Of a stretch of DNA of 29,314 nucleotides, positions 16,368 to 22,996 are shown piece by piece (within the stretch, counting starts at the first letter, position 1; each line of letters starts with the position of its first letter). A program made the translations under genes and the position numbers. The notes under the pieces were generated by a model. The model was not told the DNA's origin and did not search any database. It saw only the letters and a program-made list of their open reading frames with translations. Source of the stretch: a virus (Duplodnaviria; Caudoviricetes); IMG/VR virus record IMGVR_UViG_3300020395_000067, positions 1 through 29,314 of that record; one strand, 5' to 3'.

Positions 16368-16886
16368 CTACTTGACGGTAATTTCTGAAACAAATTGTCC
16401 TGTAGCTGAAGTTCCAGCTCCACCAGCTGTTATTGTCATTACACCTGCTGAAGTGATTGTACCCGCTAAGGTTCCAGCAACGCCTCCAGATTGTGTGGTA
16501 ACGTTACCATATGCTGGCATATCTGCTACGACACCACTGGTTACGTCTACACCAGAACCTATAGTATTTACAGAGTCTCCTGAAGTGAAACTTTCCGAGA
16601 AGCTGAAAGCCGAGCCCGCAGTGTTAATGTCGTATGTACCAGCATCAAGCGTTGCGGCTGCAGTACCACTAGGTGTAACTAATTTGCCAAAATGATCATC
16701 CGCAGATGCCACTTTGATATTGTTACCACTTACAGCATATGTTGAACCAACACGGTTAGCGACAGTTGCAGCTCCATCTACGTTGAGCTGAGTAGAAGTA
16801 GTCAAACGGTGAACTAAATCAGCATTTGCTGGTGCTACCACGGCACCTGTCATCAATAACATCACAATAGGTAGAAATTTTTTCAT
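16368..16886 (-). CDS. Exported Gly/Ala/Thr-rich beta-strand protein
   Basis: Signal peptide MKKFLPIVMLLMTGAVVAPANA. CTAAATA late-promoter variant about 30 nt upstream (16914-16920). Confidence 0.85.
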   Translation of the reverse strand: MKKFLPIVMLLMTGAVVAPANADLVHRLTTSTQLNVDGAATVANRVGSTYAVSGNNIKVASADDHFGKLVTPSGTAAATLDAGTYDINTAGSAFSFSESFTSGDSVNTIGSGVDVTSGVVADMPAYGNVTTQSGGVAGTLAGTITSAGVMTITAGGAGTSATGQFVSEITVK

Positions 16887-16987
16887 ACCCTGAGTATTTC
16901 TTACGTGTAGCTTTATTTAGCATTTCGTAACTTAAAAGAAAATTTTAAGATTTTATGTTATAATATATAATAAAAATTTGGTAAAAT

Positions 16988-17242
16988 ATGACACAATCTA
17001 CCATACATCAAACTCATTTAGAATCTGCAAAGGAGCAATTGCAGGGGATTTTAAACGAGGTTCAACAATTGAATAATCAGGTTGCATCAAAAAGAGAAAC
17101 TGCACTAAAGGTACAAGGTGTTATTGAATATCTTGAGCAAATAGTTGCTGTTGAACAACAACCACCTGAAAATCCTTTAGATTCTATGCCAGTTGCTACT
17201 CCAGATGCTGATGAAACTGCTGTTAATACTGCCCTAAGTTAA
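16988..17242 (+). CDS. Hypothetical coiled-coil protein
   Basis: 84 aa. TGtTATAAT upstream at about 16955-16963. Confidence 0.7.
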   Translation: MTQSTIHQTHLESAKEQLQGILNEVQQLNNQVASKRETALKVQGVIEYLEQIVAVEQQPPENPLDSMPVATPDADETAVNTALS

Positions 17243-17243
17243 T

Positions 17244-17894
17244 ATGAAAATTTTCTTAGATACTGCTGATACAGATGCTATTAAGGAGCATTTTTCTACA
17301 AATTTAATTGATGGTGTTACAACCAATCCAACTTTAATTCGTAAAAGTGGTAGAGATCCAGAAGATGTTTATCAAGAATTAATTGAATTGGGTGTTCCTG
17401 ATATAAGTATGGAAGTTGTTGGTGATTACACCACAATGTATGAAGAAGGACTTCGTCTTTCTCGTAAGTTTGGAAAAGATTGGGCAACTATTAAAGTTCC
17501 TTGTACACGAGATGGATTAAAAGTTTGTAGGGAACTTACTAGAGATCTTATTAAAGTTAATGTTACGTTGATCTTTTCTCCATCACAAGCAATTCTTGCT
17601 GCTAAAGCAGGTGCTAAGTATGTTTCACCATTTGCTGGTAGGCTTGATGATAATTCATTTTCAGGTTTAGAACTTATTGAAAGTATTAGTGACATATACA
17701 CAATACAAGGTATAAAGAAAACAGAAATCTTAGCAGCATCTATTCGTGATGTTAAAACTGTTTCTGATTCTTTTGCAGCAGGTTGTGATATAGTTACTTT
17801 ACCACCATCAGTATTTGAAAAAATGTATAATCATGTTCTAACAGATAGAGGATTATATCTTTTTGATATGGATTGGGCACAAGTTAAGAGATGA
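17244..17894 (+). CDS. talC: Transaldolase, TalC/MipB type
   Basis: MKIFLDTAD, GVTTNPTL, IKVP (Schiff-base Lys), NVTLIFS, YVSPF.GR, ILAASIR. Confidence 0.96.
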   Translation: MKIFLDTADTDAIKEHFSTNLIDGVTTNPTLIRKSGRDPEDVYQELIELGVPDISMEVVGDYTTMYEEGLRLSRKFGKDWATIKVPCTRDGLKVCRELTRDLIKVNVTLIFSPSQAILAAKAGAKYVSPFAGRLDDNSFSGLELIESISDIYTIQGIKKTEILAASIRDVKTVSDSFAAGCDIVTLPPSVFEKMYNHVLTDRGLYLFDMDWAQVKR

Positions 17895-17904
17895 AAACCG
17901 AACC

Positions 17905-17939
17905 TTGACACATAATGTAAACTTATGTTATGATAAATA
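17905..17939 (+). promoter_or_regulatory. Composite promoter: sigma70-type plus overlapping late promoter, with possible Pho box
   Basis: TTGACA 17905-10, 18 bp spacer, TGt-TATGAT 17926-34, GATAAATA 17932-39. CATA-N7-CTTA lies in the spacer. Confidence 0.7.
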
Positions 17940-17953
17940 AATCATACAAAGGA

Positions 17954-18038
17954 CTCGAAAGAATCGTAACCCTGCGTAGATGTAATAAAGAATCCCATGT
18001 CGGGGATTCTATCATCCGCAAGGGTTTTTTCTTGCGAG
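17954..18038 (+). ncRNA. Candidate structured 5' leader RNA
   Basis: Nested stems CTCG.AAGAA/TTCTT.CGAG, AACCC-TGCG-GATG/CATC-CGCA-GGGTT and AGAATCCC/GGGATTCT. Family not recognised. Confidence 0.55.
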
Positions 18039-18054
18039 ATACTTAAATACAATC

Positions 18055-18450
18055 ATGTCAATCAAATCAACAATCGCTGCTGTTGCAGCATCTCCTTTCC
18101 TTCTCGCTGGTGCAGCTTTTGCTGGTCCTTACGTGAATGTTGAAAGCAACCTTTCATATCCTGATGGAGACTACTCTGCTACTGGTACTGATATCCATCT
18201 TGGATTTGAAGGTACTGCTGGTGCGGAAGGAAAGATTGCTTACTACATCCAAGGTGGTCCTTCACTAAACCATGCTGATTCTACTGATGATACAGAGACA
18301 GAAATCTCTGGTAAGATTGGTGCTTCTTATGGAGTTTCTGAAGATCTAGGAATCTATGCAGAGCTTTCTGGTGCTACTAACGGCGAAGACGCTTCTGGAG
18401 ACACAGTTCGTGACTATGCTGCTAAGATCGGTGCTAAGTTCACATTCTAA
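18055..18450 (+). CDS. PhCOG173/DUF680-like exported small beta-barrel-type protein
   Basis: Signal peptide ending AAFA, then GPYVNVE, alternating beta-strands and C-terminal Phe (KFTF). Position directly upstream of pstS is typical for this cyanophage family. Confidence 0.8.
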   Translation: MSIKSTIAAVAASPFLLAGAAFAGPYVNVESNLSYPDGDYSATGTDIHLGFEGTAGAEGKIAYYIQGGPSLNHADSTDDTETEISGKIGASYGVSEDLGIYAELSGATNGEDASGDTVRDYAAKIGAKFTF

Positions 18451-18473
18451 ATATCTCTAGTTCGAGATGGATC

Positions 18474-18503
18474 AAGACCTCCACACAGTGGGGGTCTTTT
18501 TTT
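18474..18503 (+). terminator. Rho-independent terminator
   Basis: aagacctccac-aca-gtgggggtctt followed by a T run. Confidence 0.85.
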
Positions 18504-18544
18504 ATGCTATGATGTATAGATATTAATGCCCTAAGCGGATCCAA

Positions 18545-19510
18545 ATGAAAAGGCTTATCGCAGTAGCAGCACTTGCTGCTCTCACAGTACCTGGTTGTGC
18601 AGAAGCACGAACACGACTCTCAGGAGCAGGTGCATCTTTCCCATCTAAAATATACAGTAGATGGTTTGCCGACTTCGCAAAAGAAGGAGGACATAGAGTA
18701 AACTATCAAGCAGTTGGTAGTGGTTCAGGTCGAAAAGCATTCCTTGATGAAACAGTGGACTTCGGAGCATCCGATGATCCTATGAAGCAAAGTGATATAG
18801 CAAAAGCAAAAAGAGGATTAGTCCAGATACCTATGACAGGAGGCACGATTGCTTTTGGTTATAATATGCCTGGTTGTGATTTAAAACTTACACAAGAGCA
18901 AGCAGTTCAAGTTGCTATTGGCGAGATCAACAATTGGTCTCAGGTCGGATGTGATGATCAGAAAATGACTTGGGTATACAGATCTGATGGTTCAGGTACG
19001 ACTGCTGCATTCACAAACTCAATGAATTCATTCAGTAAGAAGTGGAAACTAGGTGTAGGTAAGTCAGTTCCTTGGCCAGTTGGTATAGGAAACAAAGGTA
19101 ATGCTGGTGTTGCTGGTAGTATTAGAACTACTATTGGTTCTATTGGTTATGTAAATCAATCTTATGTTAAAGATGAAATTGTTGCTGCTGCTGTTCAGAA
19201 TAAGAATGGTGAGTATGTTAAACCATCTGTAGAGGCAGGTGCATTAGCATTGAATGGAATTGCCCTTGATGAGAATCTAGCAGGTACAGATCCAAATCCA
19301 GAAGCAGAGGGTGCATATCCTATTGCTACATTGACTTGGGTACTTGCATATGAGACAGGTAATGGTAAGAAAACTGAAGCAGTAAAGGAAACTCTATCAA
19401 AATTATTGAGTACAGAGTATCAAGAAAAAGCATCTGTTTTAGGGTATGTTCCTTTAAGAGGTGACATTCTTGAAAAGTCTCGTGCTGCTGTTGAGAGGAT
19501 TGGAAAATAA
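18545..19510 (+). CDS. pstS: Phosphate ABC transporter substrate-binding protein
   Basis: LSGAGASFP, NYQAVGSGSG, DFGASD, RSDGSGTT, GNKGNAGV, YPIATLTW. Signal peptide present. Confidence 0.97.
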   Translation: MKRLIAVAALAALTVPGCAEARTRLSGAGASFPSKIYSRWFADFAKEGGHRVNYQAVGSGSGRKAFLDETVDFGASDDPMKQSDIAKAKRGLVQIPMTGGTIAFGYNMPGCDLKLTQEQAVQVAIGEINNWSQVGCDDQKMTWVYRSDGSGTTAAFTNSMNSFSKKWKLGVGKSVPWPVGIGNKGNAGVAGSIRTTIGSIGYVNQSYVKDEIVAAAVQNKNGEYVKPSVEAGALALNGIALDENLAGTDPNPEAEGAYPIATLTWVLAYETGNGKKTEAVKETLSKLLSTEYQEKASVLGYVPLRGDILEKSRAAVERIGK

Positions 19511-19550
19511 TATATAAAGAAAAGACTTTGTGTAAGACATAAGATTTGAA

Positions 19551-19808
19551 ATGGAAACAATTAGAGTAAGGTGCCGTTCCTGTGGGAAGGAATTGGAGAG
19601 TGCTGCTGGAAAATCCGTATGTTGTGGTTGTTCTAATATGACCACAATTAAGGGTGATGTTATCTCTGCGAATGATATGGGAGAAGTGATTATGCTGACT
19701 TCATATTCATCAAAGAAGAAAAATGAAGGATTAACTGATCAAGATCTTGAGTGGCAAAATCAGAGAAGAAAGCGTAAAATACGCAAGTTAGACTTTGAAG
19801 TTAGATAA
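19551..19808 (+). CDS. Zn-ribbon-like conserved cyanophage protein
   Basis: CRSC...CCGC motif and basic C-terminus. Confidence 0.8.
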   Translation: METIRVRCRSCGKELESAAGKSVCCGCSNMTTIKGDVISANDMGEVIMLTSYSSKKKNEGLTDQDLEWQNQRRKRKIRKLDFEVR

Positions 19809-19882
19809 ATACTTTTACTCAAATCAACAACTTGCATCCTCTACACAGCAGGGAGGTTTGAGAGAAGCATTTTAAAACTTAA

Positions 19883-20044
19883 ATGACTGACAGATCGATA
19901 GAGTCTGAACTTAAGGACGTTCATAAGAAACTTGACGATATTGAAAAGAAGCAAGAGATGATGAAAAAACTATATGATTTGGAAAGAGAGCAACAACAAA
20001 AGATGGGTAAACGCCCATTAAACCATGTTCACGAGATGACATGA
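19883..20044 (+). CDS. 53-aa coiled-coil protein (not in ORF track)
   Basis: MTDRSIESELKDVHKKLDDIEKKQEMMKKLYDLEREQQQKMGKRPLNHVHEMT. Late promoter GATAAATA at 19804-19811. Confidence 0.65.
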   Translation: MTDRSIESELKDVHKKLDDIEKKQEMMKKLYDLEREQQQKMGKRPLNHVHEMT

Positions 20045-20078
20045 TATAATAGATATAGAAACAGTTCATACTGATACA

Positions 20079-20408
20079 ATGACAGAAGAGGCAATTAAAA
20101 AGATCCTTCCTCACCTTTGTTATACTAAAGAAGAAGTTGATATAATGATTCGTGCGGCTGTGGAAGAGGCAAGAGCAATTGATGAAGCATCAATGGCAAA
20201 GCATAATCGAGAGGCAACTGTAATTAGTATGATTCTTGGATTTACTTGCTTGGCATTATTTGTTGATGGATTACTTAGAATATTGGGAATCATTCCTCCC
20301 TTTATGCATCTTGATGTAAATATAATTGATAAAGTCACAGAAAGAGTTGAGACTGATGTTATTGATAAGATAAAGCAAGTTCCATTACAAAAAATATTAA
20401 GAAGATGA
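20079..20408 (+). CDS. Membrane protein of unknown function
   Basis: TM segment ISMILGFTCLALFVDGLLRILGIIPPF. TGaTATAAT at 20042-20050. Confidence 0.8.
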   Translation: MTEEAIKKILPHLCYTKEEVDIMIRAAVEEARAIDEASMAKHNREATVISMILGFTCLALFVDGLLRILGIIPPFMHLDVNIIDKVTERVETDVIDKIKQVPLQKILRR

Positions 20409-20575
20409 AGAAACTATTATTACTAGCACCACTCTTAGTTGGATGCACTAATGCAGGTATGGGTAGTATCAACTGGAGTAATCCAGGAGTACCAGACTCA
20501 TACACTTGTGAAGAAGTAGCAGATCCAGCAAACTATTGTGCTACAGGTGAACACCCTAACCTATGTGAATGCTAA
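20405..20575 (+). CDS. 56-aa Cys-rich lipoprotein (not in ORF track)
   Basis: MKKLLLLAPLLVG-C lipobox plus four further Cys. ATGA overlap. Confidence 0.7.
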   Translation: MKKLLLLAPLLVGCTNAGMGSINWSNPGVPDSYTCEEVADPANYCATGEHPNLCEC

Positions 20576-20709
20576 TGATTTTAGAAACATTCCTGATACT
20601 AGCAGCACTTCCATTCGTAGGATTAACAATCTTCTTTGGAACAAAGAACGGATATTATGATAGTGATGATTATCAAGGTGATGGTTGTGCTCACGATGTA
20701 AAACGATGA
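20575..20709 (+). CDS. ndhP: NDH-1 complex small subunit NdhP (not in ORF track)
   Basis: [44 protein letters not shown] matches the NdhP pattern P.......FFGT.NG.YD.D.Y.G.G.AH. TAATG overlap. Confidence 0.88.
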   Translation: MILETFLILAALPFVGLTIFFGTKNGYYDSDDYQGDGCAHDVKR

Positions 20710-20846
20710 ACTCACTTTTTAAAATCTTTTATACAAAATGGTTTAGGTCTGCACCAGTTGTAGCAACTATATGGTTGACTATTACAGCAGTTATTCTTAT
20801 TGAGTTTAATTACTTCTTCCCAGACCTTTTATTTCATCCAATGTAA
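20706..20846 (+). CDS. psaJ: Photosystem I reaction centre subunit IX (not in ORF track)
   Basis: [46 protein letters not shown] carries the PsaJ signatures APV...W and IE.N..FPDLL. ATGA overlap. Confidence 0.93.
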   Translation: MNSLFKIFYTKWFRSAPVVATIWLTITAVILIEFNYFFPDLLFHPM

Positions 20847-21388
20847 TGAAAGCAGTTTTTAATTACTTAAAAGAAATTAGAGATACTGCCAAGTATATGT
20901 GGCAAGGGTTAGAAGTAACCTTTGATCATATGAGAAGGCGACCTGTCACCATACAATACCCTTATGAAAAACTTATCCCTTCTGAGCGTTATCGAGGCCG
21001 TATTCATTACGAGTTTGATAAATGTATTGCTTGTGAAGTATGTGTTCGTGTATGCCCAATAAATCTCCCAGTAGTCGATTGGGTGATGAACAAACAAACA
21101 AAGAAAAAAGAACTAAGAAACTATTCAATTGATTTTGGAGCTTGTATATTCTGTGGAAACTGTGTAGAATACTGTCCTACCAATTGTTTAAGTATGACGG
21201 AGGAATATGAACTTTCTACATTCGATAGGCACTCACTCAACTTTGATAATGTCGCTCTTGGACGACTGCCCACTTCTGTTACAAGTGATCCCTCAGTTAG
21301 GGCAATGCGTGAACTTGCTTATTTACCAAAAGGAGAAATGGATCCGCATGAAGTACCCGATAGTGAACCCCGTGTAGGTGCAAGATGA
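20846..21388 (+). CDS. ndhI: NAD(P)H-quinone oxidoreductase (NDH-1) subunit I
   Basis: VTIQYPYEK...RYRGRIH, two 4Fe-4S motifs [12 protein letters not shown] and [21 protein letters not shown]. Confidence 0.97.
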   Translation: MKAVFNYLKEIRDTAKYMWQGLEVTFDHMRRRPVTIQYPYEKLIPSERYRGRIHYEFDKCIACEVCVRVCPINLPVVDWVMNKQTKKKELRNYSIDFGACIFCGNCVEYCPTNCLSMTEEYELSTFDRHSLNFDNVALGRLPTSVTSDPSVRAMRELAYLPKGEMDPHEVPDSEPRVGAR

Positions 21389-21480
21389 TTGATACTTCAC
21401 CTAGTTCTATAAGAGTATTCTTTATAATTGTTTTATCGATTGCTTGGTTAGTTATTTTCAATTTACCCACAGAGGAATAA
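21385..21480 (+). CDS. 31-aa single-TM micropeptide (not in ORF track)
   Basis: [31 protein letters not shown]. Coupled to both neighbours (ATGA and TAATG). Confidence 0.65.
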   Translation: MIDTSPSSIRVFFIIVLSIAWLVIFNLPTEE

Positions 21481-21779
21481 TGGCTGCAATTTTTATATTC
21501 AGTTGGTTAATGTTATTGGTGTTTGCGGTAAGATTAATATTTAAAGGATGGTCTGCTGCTTCACAGTTAGGTGGAAAACAGTATATTGATGAAGGAACAA
21601 GATATGTAACCAGAGTTCAACATCCAGAAATGGCAGAAGTTAAACCTGGTGATGAGTTAATGGTAGTGAACTTTAAGAAACCACCATCTAAAGATCCATT
21701 GTTAAGATCATTAGAGGATCGTATTGATGAATTGAAGGATGATGATGACGATGATGGTGATATTATTGCAAGAGCTTGA
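21480..21779 (+). CDS. DUF2973-like cyanobacterial membrane protein
   Basis: N-terminal TM, HPEM...DELMVVNF, acidic tail. Start moved to ATG 21480 (GAGG RBS). Confidence 0.65.
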   Translation: MAAIFIFSWLMLLVFAVRLIFKGWSAASQLGGKQYIDEGTRYVTRVQHPEMAEVKPGDELMVVNFKKPPSKDPLLRSLEDRIDELKDDDDDDGDIIARA

Positions 21780-21804
21780 CTAGATAAGGTAAGTCCAGTA
21801 TAAT
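21776..21804 (+). promoter_or_regulatory. Sigma70-type (early) promoter
   Basis: TTGACT, 17 bp spacer, TATAAT. Confidence 0.8.
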
Positions 21805-21827
21805 TGTTACGTAAACAATTCAAAGCA

Positions 21828-22040
21828 ATGACGCTTACCTCAAAGTTCAAGAAAGACATAAGCACATTACGTGCTGCAGCAAATCAAGAAATTTTTCTTG
21901 ATGTCAAACATCCAAAGTTATATAAGAAACTTGTAAGGTATTATCAGAAAGAAATTAATTTAACTGGAGAAGATCCAGATGCTGATTACAACGCAATAAT
22001 GGAGTGCGTTACTGAAGATCTAGCGTCAGTAGAGGTATAA
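21828..22040 (+). CDS. Conserved cyanophage hypothetical protein
   Basis: Start moved to ATG 21828 (MTLTSKFKKD...), downstream of the promoter. Confidence 0.75.
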   Translation: MTLTSKFKKDISTLRAAANQEIFLDVKHPKLYKKLVRYYQKEINLTGEDPDADYNAIMECVTEDLASVEV

Positions 22041-22043
22041 TAA

Positions 22044-22277
22044 ATGAATGTTATTATGGAACGGTTTCCATACCGTTATGTTGAGGCAGGTACATTAGAA
22101 AACGGTAAACCTGATTTTCGTATCCAGAAGATGGGAAGGTATTCTCCTAGATATAAGGATATGTATCTTTGTGACAATGGTATGCAGTTAATGCAAGCTA
22201 TTGAAGATTTTGAGTACACCAAATGGTTAGATCCAGATGGTGTACCTTGTTATGTAAAGGAGGATGATGATGAGTGA
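22044..22277 (+). CDS. Conserved cyanophage hypothetical protein
   Basis: ERFPYRYV...RIQK...DMYLCDN. GAGG RBS. Confidence 0.8.
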   Translation: MNVIMERFPYRYVEAGTLENGKPDFRIQKMGRYSPRYKDMYLCDNGMQLMQAIEDFEYTKWLDPDGVPCYVKEDDDE

Positions 22278-22419
22278 AGAGTTCACTAGAATAGCATCAG
22301 CACTTGAAAGAATTGCTAATGCACTAGAGCACCTACATATTGAGAAGATTGATCACGCCCATATCGATGATATAGGTGAGATCCACGGTGATGTAGTAAC
22401 CCATCCAAAACAATTCTAA
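22270..22419 (+). CDS. 49-aa His-rich protein (not in ORF track)
   Basis: MSEEFTRIASALERIANALEHLHIEKIDHAHIDDIGEIHGDVVTHPKQF. GGAGG RBS, fills the intergenic gap. Confidence 0.65.
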   Translation: MSEEFTRIASALERIANALEHLHIEKIDHAHIDDIGEIHGDVVTHPKQF

Positions 22420-22421
22420 TT

Positions 22422-22640
22422 ATGCCAGAACAACAAACACTTAAGTTCACTATCAGACAAGATGGCACTGTTGCTGAAGAAGTTATCGGTGTCGTTGGTA
22501 ATGAATGTCAGGATATTACTGAATCAATAGAAAAAAAATTAGGCAATGTTATTGCTGTAACTCATAAACCAGAATACTATCTTCATCAAAAAATAGAAAA
22601 TGTCACATTTCAGCACAATAAAAACGAAAATCAGGAATAA
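22422..22640 (+). CDS. DUF2997 family protein
   Basis: KFTIRQDG.V.EEV.GV.G..C...T..IE..LG...KPEYY pattern. Confidence 0.8.
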   Translation: MPEQQTLKFTIRQDGTVAEEVIGVVGNECQDITESIEKKLGNVIAVTHKPEYYLHQKIENVTFQHNKNENQE

Positions 22641-22989
22641 ACCTGAATTGCAAGAGGCGTTAGAACTTCTACAATATAATGTAGTGGAAGATCAAGAACT
22701 TAGAGTTACTGGTTCTCATGGTATTAATCATGAAACAGTAGAAGCAGAACTTGCTATTTCAAGGGATGTTGGTTTTCGTATGAATCCACATACAGGTGAG
22801 TATGAATTAGTTGCTGATCTTGAAACTTGGAATCAACCTATTCCAGTGGAAAGGTTTATGGATAAAGTTACACAACAGTATGCTAGAATGACTGTACATA
22901 ATGCAGTTAAGAAAATGGGATTCCAAGTAGAAGAAGAGTGGGAGATGGATGATAATTCCATAGAATTAACAGTTACAAGATGGGTATGA
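22600..22989 (+). CDS. ycf35: Ycf35/DUF1257 family protein
   Basis: MSHFSTIKT, GF......YELVADL..W, QQYA motifs. Confidence 0.82.
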   Translation: MSHFSTIKTKIRNKPELQEALELLQYNVVEDQELRVTGSHGINHETVEAELAISRDVGFRMNPHTGEYELVADLETWNQPIPVERFMDKVTQQYARMTVHNAVKKMGFQVEEEWEMDDNSIELTVTRWV

Positions 22990-22996
22990 TTTAGTA

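Noticed and set aside
16372-16695. Plus-strand 107-aa Pro/Ala/Val-rich ORF
   Set aside because: Antisense of a Gly/Ala/Thr-rich gene, whose codons rarely generate stops on the opposite strand.
17917-17930. NtcA box
   Set aside because: Reads GTA-N8-TTA, not GTA-N8-TAC.
19809-19882. tRNA gene
   Set aside because: No cloverleaf, TTCGA T-loop or CCA end. No tRNA was recognised anywhere in the window.
19911-20114. Minus-strand 67-aa ORF
   Set aside because: The plus-strand 53-aa ORF (19883-20044) fits the operon direction and promoter better.
20575-21388. Possibility that this is host chromosomal DNA or a chimera
   Set aside because: The genes are embedded by overlapping codons among phage-type ORFs and T4-type promoters. 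The host ndhA-ndhI-ndhG and psaF-psaJ contexts are absent.
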